This document shows positions 10,701-22,592 of a DNA stretch of 64,000 nt, one piece after another. Numbering within the stretch: the first letter of the stretch is position 1; the number at the start of each line of letters is the position of its first letter. The DNA lies in assembly GCA_030704615.1 (NCBI GenBank), contig CM060734.1, positions 15,190,001 to 15,254,000 on the forward strand, read 5' to 3'. This DNA comes from Takakia lepidozioides. Its lineage: Eukaryota > Plantae > Bryophyta. The notes beneath the pieces were generated by a model, which made no database searches, was not told the DNA's origin, and saw only the letters and a list, made by a program, of their open reading frames with translations. Both the position numbers and the translations under genes were made by a program.

Positions 10701-12291
10701 TCCCCAAAACAACTTAGGTGGCAAGATACTTTGGCGGTGTTCGACGTGGATATCCAGTACAAACCGGGATGAGACAACGTGGTGGCCGATGCTTTAAGTA
10801 GAAAGCAGCAGCTCTTGTTGGTGTACAAGGGCGAGACGGTGCTCCAAAGGAAGATCCGGAAGGCTTGCCGGAAGGATGAGCTGGCAAAGTCCGCGATGCA
10901 GGACTTGAGGATGGGGGTAAATCGCAGTTCCACTTGCAAAATGGACTGCTCCGGTATAAGCAAAAATGTCTCTACGTGCCGAAGGGAGGGATCAGAGATA
11001 GCCTCTTGAGAGAATGCCATGATAGCCCACTTGCGGGCCACGGCGGAGCCAAGCGCACTGCGTCACTCTTGAAGAAAGAGTATTTCTGGCCCAAACTGAG
11101 GGAGGAGGCAGAGGAGTATGTCAAGACATGCACCACATGCCAACAAAACCGGAGCGAGTACAAAAAGCAAGCGGGGCTGTTACAACCCTTGCCAATTCCA
11201 GAGGGGACTTGGGAAAGCGTCTCGATGGATTTCATGACTGCTATGCCGCTGTCAAAAGGATTCGATGCAATCATGGTGGTGGTGGATAGGTTCAGTAAAA
11301 TGGGCCATTTCATCCCCACCAAGGAGACGGCAACGGCGCAGGAGACAGGGCGACTTTACTTCGCCCACGTCTTAAAACATCATGGAGTCCCGAAGGATAT
11401 TGTCTCGGACCGCGATCCAAAGTTTACGAGTAAATTTGGAGGGCACTTTGGAAGAAGATGGGGACGAGGCTGAAGATGAGCACCGCCTTCCGACCTACAA
11501 CCGACGGCCAAACAGAAAGGGTGAATTCCGTAGTGAAGCAGATCTTGCGGAATTACATGTCGGCAGACCAAACAGACTGGGTGGAACACTTAGACGCGGC
11601 AGAGTTCTGTTATAATAACACTGAACACTCCGCAACGGGAGTTTCCCCTTTCGTATTGGTCTATGGAAAAGCACCTCTGGTGCCGACAAGTTGGGCCGCC
11701 CAGGACGTTGAGGAACCGGCAGTAGCGGCGGTACTGGAAGAACGCGAGCGTTTGTTGAAGCTCACAAAGTACAATATTGCCAAAGCTAGGAAACGGTATG
11801 AAAGGCAGGCGAATCGGAAGCGGAGGGAAGTGAAGTTTGAGGCAGGCACAGAGGTCTGTTTGAACATCAAGAATTTCCGACTATCTCCGGAAGTGAGTCC
11901 GAAGTTCATACCTCCGTATGCAGGACCCTTTCGCATTCGGAAGGTTATGAATGAGGATGTGTATGAATTGGAGCTGCTGGCAAACAGTAAGGTGCACCCA
12001 GTATTCCATGTATCCTTTTTGAAGCCTTACTTCAAAGATGAAGCGCGTCCGAATCGGCATCAAGTGTTGCGTCCACCACCTATGTTGTTGGATCATGAAA
12101 ATGAACCTGAGTACGAGGTGGAGGCAATACTTAAGTCGAGGAGGTTCAGGAACCGAGAAACGGAGTATCTCGTCAAATGGAAGGGCTATCATCATGTGGA
12201 GGCATCTTGGGTGCGTGCCTCAGAAATGGGAAACGCATCCGAGGCGGTTGCAGCTTTCGAAGGGCGACCTCAAAAGCAGAAGAAGCGTTGA
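7739..12291 (+). pseudogene. Chromovirus gag-pol with chromodomain; stops and frameshifts at 8735, ~10340, 10770, ~10930, ~11440
   Basis: Gag (KPKEPGTFEG, LRGYAQQWW), knuckle [14 protein letters not shown] in frame after the TAG at 8735, [40 protein letters not shown] integrase, chromodomain YEVEAILKSR..EYLVKWKGY..EASW (~12110-12230). Confidence 0.92.
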
Positions 12292-12325
12292 TGGGGACAT
12301 CAACCTTGGAGCGTGGGGGAGGAAA

Positions 12326-13910
12326 TGCATGCTTAGCCCGGCTTAGCTAGCTCAGGAATCCAATTGCAAAAACTTGTATTGTACAAAATTTGCTTTAAAT
12401 GAAATGTTGTGCTTCCTATTTTTGTTTGGAATGGCGATGCATGGTATGGTTGGCTAGTGTGTAGAAGGCATGCTAGCTTACAAAAGCGGGAGAGGTAAAT
12501 TCGGTTAATCGTGTGTTTGCGCAGTGCCGAAATCGGGTGACTCCCATCCAAGGGGCAAGGAAACTTGCGCCTTCTTTGGGAGTTCACGTGCTAGTGCACA
12601 CCTGGCGCGTGCGCGTACTATAACTGCGCTACCGAGGGGGTTGCCTTGTAGTGCGGGCTAACGCGGAAGCTACGTGCTTCCGTTCACGTACTATAATCGT
12701 GTAGCCTTGGGACGAAGTCGTAGTGCGGCTTGGCGTGTTCCCGTACCTCAGGCCAGCATTCCAAGGCGGACCCAATTGTAGTGATTGGGGCGCACGGTTG
12801 GTTCAAGGTTATCTTCCTAGTCAAAGAGGGTTCCAGGTGAACCCTTGCTCAAGGTGATGCCAAAAGCGGCATCATGAGCGATCGCAAGCAATGTTGTTGC
12901 AGTAAGGCGATTCGATCCTCGGGGAGGATCGTTCCTTGGCCTTGAAGTAGGCCAAGAAGAGTGCACTGGGAGGAGCTGGAGAGGCTCCGCCCTTGGCCGG
13001 GACTTGGAGGAAGTCGGCCGAACTAGCTAGTGGAGAGTAGAGTCAAGTGTGGGGTTTGGTTCTTTGCCATGGGACGCCATGGTACGGAAACAAACTCCTT
13101 GATGTGGGACGCCACAACTTGGATGTTCGTTTCTACAAAATGGACAAGTCGATGAGGACATCGACTCCCTGTTGGTAGGGGTGTGTGTCGCGGCCCTTTG
13201 CCTTGAGGGCAGGGGGTCGGGACACATGAGGGGCTGCCCTGTGGTGGGGGCAGCGACAGCGATAGGTATGGGGGGCTGAAGCACCCTTGAGTGCCCAAGG
13301 CACTCAAGGAAGCGGAGGCGCTCACTAGGTGGAGCCCCGCACACCGGGTTGCGGTGGGGGTGGCTCCACAAGGGGTGGTGGTAGCTTAGCGGGACTTAGT
13401 GGGGGTGGCATAGGACTCACCATGGGGGCGGAGACCTCGTGGTGGGAGTCGTGGGGAGTCTTGGGACTCATCACGATCCATAGGGGCCGTGGTTAGCGGG
13501 CCAAGACTCACCGCGACTCATCACCGGGAGTCGAGGGTTTTCGTGGTGGTTCGCCATAAAATGGCATGGCTGGTTGTGAAACCCCCGCGGACAGCTACAG
13601 AAGTATATATAAGGAGTAGTAACCCCGAGAACGGTGCAAGCCCGTTGGTGACCAAAAACTAGTGAGTAAGCGAGCGAGCCGGAAAGCGACCAAAGAGTGG
13701 GGAGCTGTTCCGGACTGCCATCTACCAAAGGGAATTCTCCTAGTCCCAAATAGGTGGAGGGTTTAGTGGGAAGCGAAGGGGGACCGTTATGTCCCGGAGA
13801 GCAGCCGAAGCTCCAAGTTGGCCCGGGCAGCCAGGTTGGGAGTCAGGCGCGCGCATCAAAGCGAGTAACTATGACTTGAAGGGGAGCTTACCGAAGTGAG
13901 GTGCGCGACA
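12326..13910 (+). repeat. Probable 3' LTR of the chromovirus
   Basis: Starts TG immediately after the PPT. Ends ...GTGCGCGACA at 13910, where composition changes. The partner LTR is not available for confirmation. Confidence 0.55.
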
Positions 13911-16900
13911 CGCTTCCTACCCCAGTGCCTAAATACTTTGTTTTAGCAAAGGAGTGGCCAAAATGCCTATCATCATCCAATAGGTTCACTCAATTCAATA
14001 AGGTGGTTCTAAGCCCTTGAACTCAACAAGTTCAATCAGTTCAATCAACGCCCTGCAGGCTATAACGAGCACCACGTGCATCTATCCTATTTAAGCAATT
14101 TCGCAAATCAGAAATGTTGGAAAATAAAAGAAATAAAGAAAATCAGAAAAAAATACCTCCCCTATGGGAAATCATGTGAAGAGTCCAAAGATACCCTTGG
14201 TGCCTTAAGATGCCCTTGGGAACCCAATGAGAACCGAGGAACACCCGGGAACCGTTCCTTGCCGCGGGGAACTGTCGCGGCTCTATTGGATGAATGAATC
14301 TCGTTGAGAGCTCATCCCTGCCACTACATTTGTTAGTCCAGATCATGCACGCGTAAATAATAAAATAACCACTGATGGGTCCAAGCCAGATTTCACCCCC
14401 CTTACATTATTTTAAGGTGCTGGTGCGCTTTCCCTCCGTGGAAAAAGTCATCCTCTACCTTGGGCTCTGACACAAAGGCTCACTGTAGCCGAGTTTTTAG
14501 GATAGAGTACTTTCTCTCCTCCCTTGTCTCTCGAGGTCTCCGCCTCTAGCTCACTGCTCCCAGTCCGCTTGGCTCTCTCTTGGAGTCCTAAGAACGCTCC
14601 CCTCCAAGGCTACGTCCTCCCAAAATCCTAGATTTTATCTACCACTGGCGCCTTAGATAATGGCTCCTAACCCTTAGAGGGGTATAAATTGAATCTAATA
14701 GTTAAAGGTAAGAATACCCCCTTTTAAGGGAATTTGCAGACACATTGCCCGCTGGGTAAAACGCCCCCGCCACGTGGCGGGGCGCAGATCCGCGCGTAGC
14801 GGTCCAAACCGTGGACCGTTGCGGTTAACGCCAGCGTCCGCCGGTCCGTCTCAACTTTTGGTTATCCACCGGGTAAAGACCCGCACCCTGCTCGCACGCT
14901 TCAGGGCCTCACGCCTGAGCCACGCGGCTGATGTACTTGATCTCAGTACGACTTAAGGTCAGCGCTGGGGCCCCGCTCCCGTACGTCGTGGCTGGGCCAC
15001 GGCTGCCTCCACGCTTTTAGTAATCGAGTCCCTACTCTCTAGGCGCAGTACCCGGGCTCCTCCCGGGCTGCTCGTGACTTTGGTGCAGCTGCTGTCAAGC
15101 GAAATTAGCCCGCCCAAACCCCAATACAAAAAAATACAACCCACCCTCCCCTAGGCCTCCATGGCTTGCTAGTGGGGGGGGAAATTAGCACATAGTGGCC
15201 TTATAGTGGCCTGATATCATAGATCCAGCCTACTGGCCTGCCTTTGCCAGGGCTGGCTATATTTCAAATTAGTAATCAAACACAAAGAGTCATTCTTCCA
15301 ACAATTCAAATACAAGCCTCTATTGGTGCCCTTCCCAATAAACTATGGGTTTTCCCCTTGTCACTTCTAGACATGAAATAATGGGATTCCACAATGCACT
15401 CTCCTCTTTTGAAGAGTCTAAATCAGATTTTCAACTTCAAGCTTTGCTTGGAAAATAAATGAATCACATACACAAATGGTGAAATGGTAAGATGGGATCA
15501 ACCTTTCTCTGCGAGAGTGCTTGGGATGCTCTATCGACTCAAGTAATGGTACTCTATGCGGCCTCCATTTGGGCTCTCGTCCATAAGTCCATACCAGCCC
15601 CTCCTACTCGTCCTCAAGTCACTTTCCTCCACATGAAATTGCCCTCTTCCTTCACAAATGAAAATGGCTCAAAGGCCCACAAGCTAGGCCACTTGCCTTA
15701 GCTTACAAGAATCTTACCTAACTAGGGAGCTTCAAGCTCCACTCCCTATGATCTAGCCCCTCCTCAAGCCAAAAGCTAACAAACACTACAACAACAAGCA
15801 AGAGGAAACTAAGCAAATGAGCTATATGAAGAATAAGAGAAGCCTTGCCCCCTCTTTTATACTGTTGTTGTGCCTAATAGACTAATGGAAAATATTCATT
15901 AAACTATTGTTTCTTTGGAGGATCTATAATATACTATTCCACATGGATGAAAAGTCTTAGAGGCAAATGAAAGCTGTCTTTTCATCCATCCAATTGGATG
16001 ACCAGTTGGCGCGAGTTGTCATTTCATCCATCCAGCTCCTCAAGGCGAATTCCAGGATTTTTCATCCATCCAAGAAGTAGAAATGCAAATAATAGGCCTT
16101 GTGAGTGCCGTCGACTCAATAATTGGGCCCCGCTGCTAATCAGCTCCATAAATCATTAAACTTGGTGACAAACTACAATTATATACCTTGTATCAGCCTG
16201 TAAATTCTCAACTCCATTGGTGGTAAAAAGTTGCGCTTCTCGCCATTCGACGTATTTTCGCTATACACATGTTTTGTGGTATATTTGGAAATCAAATCCC
16301 TGGTGATGGCTCTGGGGTCTTTGACCCTGCCACTGAGTCATAGGTTGTCTGGAGTCCCCTCTAGTTGTCCCGCACCGCTAACAAGTCCACGCTTTGCCGT
16401 TTGAAGTCGTCCTGACTTGTTGTCATTCCGATGCGGCCAATTGCTTTGTTGCGATATTTCATCGCTATACATGTCGCTTCCACCAATTGCCAAGCTCCTC
16501 GCCATGTGTTCCTACTGGACTTGAAAGGCGGGAGAAAAGAGAGATCGCAATCTGGGACTGGAACAGTCGACCTGTATTGTTCGAACAGGATTAACTCGCC
16601 GTTTCTGGTACCGAATTGGCAGCCTAATTTGCTGTCGATGCAGCTTCCTACAGTCATCTTGACACCAGAGTTCCACTCCATGGTCGTTGCAGACACTGTC
16701 TAATTTCCTACGTGCTTTACCAACGATTTCCAGACAACTAACAAACTAACATGTTTTGGCAGTACAATGCCGAAACCGCTTGTCTTATGATAAAAAACGA
16801 TCTGAAAAGAAAAGTGTACCAATATATGCATCTACATATATGGTGACCAATGGGGAACACTCGTCCCGAGTGTAAGAGAATCCAGGATCTCCGGTTCGTA

Positions 16901-18199
16901 AAAATCCCCCTACTAGGGTATCCCTGATATCGAAATGACTTTTGTTTGCTTTGAAACTTTGCCAGTACGTTTGGTACATCCTTTCACAGGTCTTGGACTA
17001 ATATGAGATCAATCGGAATTCATTCAATGGCTCAATGCATGGTTGCCCACGTGGAGAGGGAGGCCATTGGCTGGGTGGGGGGTATTTTTTGCCGCGATTT
17101 ATATGAAGTCGTTGCAAAATGCTCCCATAGGCCCTCTTCTGGCTTCCAGGATCATTTCATTCTACAAAATTAGCTTATAAGAACTATTCAGGCACTTATT
17201 CAAACTCGTTTCGGGTTTAGGGTTTAGTGTCAATAGTATTGTCTCTTTCCATATCGCCATGTGCTTACATGTTGTTTCGTTCTTAGCCATTTCCACGTTT
17301 GCTTGAGTAGTGTTTAACTGTCCATTACTTCTTAGTAAACCTCATTTAATGTTGCTCCGATTGTTGCAAAATGACAGAGGACCACGACGATGAGCGTCAT
17401 GGAAGAGATGACCCCAATGAACATGGACCGCCCCCTAAGAAAATCAAAGGATCAAGGCAAGACTTGAATTGGGAAATATATGATGACCCTAGCATACTAG
17501 CAGAAAAATGTTGAGAGGATTTTCCGGAAGAGTTCAGGTGGCCGATGGTGAGATGCAAAAAATTCGTGAAATGGTACCACATCAATCAATTGTGGCCTAG
17601 ACATAGGCATGACGTGCAAACCATAAACAATTACGCAGAATCCAGGTCTTGCATGAACTTGCATTTCCAGCATAGGGCAAATGAGGTGCATTGCACATTA
17701 TGGGGTCAACCACTCTTAAGGGCCAAATCCCGTACACCTTGACAGCCATGTTGTACGTGGAGGTGATACTGTTGCGTCCAGTGGATTAGCAAACTGCAAG
17801 TAGGAGGAACGCCACGATGCAATACCATTTGGACGACATCCCGGACACGTTTGGAACACCCTAGGCTATGATACTGGGCGTGCCCGAGGCACCGGTGCAA
17901 CATCCGGCTGGAACGTTAGAAGAACAATTGACAAAAAGATACCACCAAATCAGGACCTTGGATGACCTTGTGGAATGGTAAAGACTGCGCATAGCCGAGT
18001 AACTCGACACATTTGCTAGCCCACATCAAAGAGATTGCATTTTCGGGGCCATTGGTAATGCTACTCAGCATACCTAGGAGGGCCGTGGTCTCGCTCACCC
18101 TCCATCTGGACCCCTCGCCCATGAAGCTCTTCAATGGGCCAAATTTGATGCGCATTCATCTTCTTATGCTTCAACTATCATCATCCTCACACAACAAAA

Positions 18200-19113
18200 C
18201 ACACCTACCACCTCCCACCCATTTCTACGCCTCCCTGCTGGGGTCAAGCTATTAGCCACAATTGACCCAAACCAGCTTAAATATACCCATACCCCTCATT
18301 TTCCCAAATACCTTAGGCAAAAGGAAGCACCCTGACCCTCATCTTGCATGTCCAAAACCCCCACCACGCTGCCATACCCACACCTTTCTATCACAAACTA
18401 GAACATCTACTAACCATTACTCATAAAATAAAGGCCATCATCCACCACCCACCTACCCCCCATTGTACAAATATACCTACCCCTCTCCCCCGAATTAAAA
18501 CAAATAAAGCCTAGATTGAGGCATTGCAGCGCCCTCCACAGGCCACACCAACAAACCCCCTCCCCCCTATTCCCTCATTATACCGGCAATCCTACCCCCT
18601 CAAATACCCTCCCGCGAACTCTCATTACATTGATGGATCCCTTACTCAAACTAATGCAGGCTTCGGTATCTATCACGCAGATACAGGGAGAGGGGTGGCC
18701 CTCAGACTTCCTGGCCCTGCAACCATTCTCAGGGCCGAGCTTATGGCCATATATGACGCTCTCCTCCTACTCGATACCTTCCCCCCCCCCCCCCCCCCCC
18801 ATACTTCATCTTCACTGATAGCCTTACCACTTTCTTCCTCATCCGCAACCACATTGCCCGCCCCTCCTCCCACCACTGGTCATCATCCTGACCGTAACCT
18901 CATCTTAGCCATTGTCAACGCTGCCGTTTCTATAAAGCACCTCGTACACCTACTCAAAGTACGCTCGCACACTGGCATTCAAGGGAATGAGGAGGCCGAC
19001 CTCCTTGCTCAGCTCGGTGCTACCAAACTCAAAGTTAACCCCACGAACGACCCAATCCACATCGCCCACTCCTACCCCTTCTGGTTTATACACCTAGTTC
19101 CGAACCCTACTGA
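18200..19113 (+). mobile_element. Non-LTR retrotransposon fragment with RNase H domain (Dualen/RandI-like LINE)
   Basis: HYIDGS, TILRAELMAI, IFTDS (other frame after the poly-C run) and KVRSHTGIQGNEEAD. C-rich composition like the LINE at the window end. Truncated by the PLE at 19114. Confidence 0.75.
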
Positions 19114-19226
19114 TCAGCCATTGAGGCAGCTCTTAGAATGGCGAACCCAGAAGATGACCAGACTGTCTCCACGCAGAAATCTACAAACACATCTGATATG
19201 TAAGTAATCACCCAATCCTTGGGCAC

Positions 19227-20372
19227 ATGATTTTACCGGATGAAGAAAAAGAGGCAGTGAGAGAATTCTGTGAACAAGTAGAAATCTCACAAGTGGAACA
19301 AGAAAGGGCAACAGGTGCCACTCCTGGAAATCTGCAATTTGTCCCTTGGTTGCCTCCCCGTGCAGTTGAATTAGAGGTTGCCAATAACGATCACATGATG
19401 TGGCACCCACATGCTAATATCAATTTATTGGCACCCATTTCTATTGAAATGTGGGTCAAATGGGGCAACATAACTCCTGCTGAACGGAGTAGGTGTGCAC
19501 AGGATGCTAAGGAGGGTTTTCAGAGAATAAAAAAAGAACCTATTGCTGTGGCATGGCCACTAAGGACCTTCTACTACAAGCTCTGTGACAAAGGTGAGAA
19601 CCTTACCTTGAGGACCAAAAATGACTTGCCGACTGGTTCGGCCAGATCCAAAAATCACAAGAGTCAACTCTTCAACTGGCATCGTCCCTACATAAGATGT
19701 AACTGTGGACAAGGAGGGGCACCCTCTTCTTGCATTGGGAGTGTTGCTTGGTTTGACCATATGGTATGGTATATGCTGAACAATCTGATTGTGTTCTTCC
19801 CTGATGATGCCTATCCTTCGGTGCAAACCAAGTATGACAGCTTTCTGGTATGGATCATGCGGGCTGCCAGATCTGCCGTTCTTGCACAAATTACCTTCCA
19901 GATGACCCGGGGCTTCATAATGGAAGCAGCTTGTGAATTCTCAATTGACCCCCAAGCCAAGTTGCTTGGGAAGTTAGGAGAATCCAAAGGGGCCAGATAC
20001 ATTGAGAAACTTGTGAAACCTGGGTCTTTTTCAGACAGCCTTCCCAGGCCACAATTCAACAGCTACAAACGGCAGCGTATGGAGGGGCAGACGCCTCCTC
20101 AACAAGGCAAGAACAATGCCACTCGAGGCAGAGGTACCCCTGGTCGTGGAAGAGGTCTCTACCAAAGAGGAGGACGCTCTGGCAGGGGGCAATACTCTAC
20201 CAACACCTCTGAGAATTCAAGAGCAACGAATCGGTCATCACTTGGGGGTTCGGGTGCTAATTCCAGTACCACCATCAACATCGCCAGCCAGGAGTCATAC
20301 AAGACTCGTCGTATCACTGACGAGTTCTCCCCAATACGCAAACGAGATTTTGGATCATGGACAGATCTTTAA
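19227..20372 (+). CDS. PLE ORF1 (5'-truncated), unknown protein with RGG-rich C-terminus
   Basis: Open in both copies (381 and 429 aa); contains RGRGTPGRGRGLYQRGGRSGRG. Confidence 0.7.
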   Translation: MILPDEEKEAVREFCEQVEISQVEQERATGATPGNLQFVPWLPPRAVELEVANNDHMMWHPHANINLLAPISIEMWVKWGNITPAERSRCAQDAKEGFQRIKKEPIAVAWPLRTFYYKLCDKGENLTLRTKNDLPTGSARSKNHKSQLFNWHRPYIRCNCGQGGAPSSCIGSVAWFDHMVWYMLNNLIVFFPDDAYPSVQTKYDSFLVWIMRAARSAVLAQITFQMTRGFIMEAACEFSIDPQAKLLGKLGESKGARYIEKLVKPGSFSDSLPRPQFNSYKRQRMEGQTPPQQGKNNATRGRGTPGRGRGLYQRGGRSGRGQYSTNTSENSRATNRSSLGGSGANSSTTINIASQESYKTRRITDEFSPIRKRDFGSWTDL

Positions 20373-22592
20373 AAATCTCATTTTTGGTATGTTCCTCTAC
20401 TTTGCATGTGCAGATGCGTTGTTTGGTCTTGAGGATGGTTGTAGACAAATTGAAACTCATGCCCATGGCAGGAAATTCATAAAACAGGCAGCAAAACCTG
20501 CTCCCTTGGGATTCATTCATATGTTGTACCCAAACCGTGGTATGGAGTGGATAAACCCTAGGAACATGATAAAAGAAGCTTTTTTGGAATTTGGACAAAA
20601 TGACTTGGCTATTCTCATCGATGAGATAGTCTTTGGATGGACATATCATAAACAAAGCAGCTCTGAATATTATCAGCCTGCTGCTGTTTTCCGTGATTTT
20701 TGCTTTATGCAAGACCTGATTCACTCACCAAATTGTCTATGTGACAGTGCCAAGAGGTTTCATGATTTTCGGGATGCGGATACAAAAACAGAATTCCATC
20801 TATCTGGTTCTATACCTACGCAACACGTACGTACCATGGACCTAAATATTATTAGACACGCAAGGCTGAAAGAACTATTCAGCCTAGGTATGAATCACAT
20901 CCCTCTCAAACGTACTTTGCTGAAAGACGTTGTTGAACAAGTGTCTCTAGCTTTCCATAGAACCTGTGAAATTTTGCATATAGACCCATGTGAATCTTGG
21001 GCAGCATCCTGCAGCCAATGGGTAAAAAACACATGCTGGGATAGATTGAAACAAAAAGCCGACAGAGGAAGGTACGACTTCACTCACCATGAGCGCAATC
21101 CTCTTACTGTAAAAGAGGCAAAAGATGAACTTTCATGGCTTCTCAATCACCTGTATTTTTCTGGTCTTGACACGGCTAACAACAATGTATGTTTTATGTG
21201 TGTGAAGCACATAAGAACTCAAGCCTTCCAAAGATTGATGGGTAAAGACTTTACACCATGCAAGCAAGCTGAGGTATGGCTGCCACCTGACCTTGTTCTA
21301 GGAAACATTTCCGTGGAAATACAGAGTCTGATTCCGGAGATACCTGCTCCCTCCTGTAGATTACCTTACATTATGGGAATCTACAAGCTACATAAGAAAA
21401 AATACAGATGGATTACCAATGCCCATAAATGTGTTTTCAGTGAACTTGCTAGCCTTCTTACAAGGGCTACCATGGATCTTCTACCATTGGTAAAAGAATG
21501 GGCCAAGACAAGGCTGGATACTTATGAGCAATTTTTCAAAGTATCTACTGCTATGTATTGGATTATTGATTCCATCACTGACTTTACACTAAACCTGCCT
21601 GAAAAAGTCCATAACATCTTTGTTGCTGGCATTACACAATGCTATGAGAACATACCTTTGACAGGACAGGATAACTTAGGGGACGCCATTGAATACGTGG
21701 TGAAGATTGCATTCCAACAACACCATCGGTCTCACCCCCGAGCACGTCATACTCTATGGATTCCAGCCAAAAACGGTACTTTCGGAAAAAGTAGATGGGG
21801 CACATCTTCCCCAAAATCAGGTACCTGGATTGAACTTTCTGAAGTCAAACTACTTATGCTCCACAAATGGCTTATGTCACACTGTTTTGTCGCCTTAGGG
21901 GACCGTGTATGGCAGCAGATTTCTGGAATACCTATGGGTTTTTCATGCTCACCATTATGGTGCAACATGTACTTCCTTTCTTATGAAATCAAATTCATCT
22001 TAAGGCTTGTAGCTTTAGGACAATTCCAGCTTATGCCTATGTTTAAATCTGCCTTCAGATACATTGATGATATATGCTGGCTAAATGTGGGTGATGCAAT
22101 GCTATTCCTGGACCCACGGGTAGACAGAAGCAGCAACAACCCTTGGTGGATCTACCCACTCAATGTAGTGGAGATCAAACCTGAGCTACTACGCACTAAA
22201 AACGATTCCCAATACGTGGGGTTGGAAGCTTGTTTCATGAATATCCAGATTACAGTCTCAAACTGTAACACAGGTGAGTTCCATTTCCAGAAATATGACA
22301 AGAGAAGACTACTTCCTTTCTCTTACACTCAATATATCCAGTTCTTATCCATAGGCCTGTGAATCAATCTTACAACATTGTGATTTCACAAGCTGTGCCT
22401 ATTCTATACATTTCCAGCAATGCTGATCTGGCTGGGAAGGAGTGTGGCATTCTGATTAACACTCTTGGGAGGAATGGTTTCAAGACCAGAAAACTTGCTC
22501 GTATCTTGACAAAATTCCTTGAACGTGGTTCATTCCCTGGCCCGCTCTTCCCTGTACAAGAGCTTATTGAGAAACTGAAAGGTATTTTCTAA
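20116..22592 (+). pseudogene. PLE reverse transcriptase ORF2, copy A (1-bp deletion at ~22350; DKA>DTA and ADIT>AGIT changes)
   Basis: CLC...HVRTMDLNII..LKELFSLG linker, D(K/T)ANNN, PYIMGIYKLHK, QQISGIPMGFSCSP, FRYIDD, YDKR. Confidence 0.88.

Larger units (their letters stand above)
7693..13910 (+). mobile_element. Chromovirus (Galadriel-like Ty3/gypsy), decayed; 5' LTR not in window
   Basis: gag-PR-RT-RH-IN-chromodomain order. RNase H region VAYESKKLNEVERRWPTHEKEMKAVVHCLELWRHY...KLSPKQLRWQD resembles the Galadriel lineage. PPT GGGGGAGGAAA at 12315-12325. Confidence 0.85.

Noticed and set aside
14460-14500. Reverse PBS-like gctctgacac near a TG, suggesting a minus-strand LTR in 13911-16300
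   Set aside because: It mismatches the Met-PBS, lies too far from the putative LTR edge, and has no partner LTR or coding region. The same applies to tctgatacca at ~24808.
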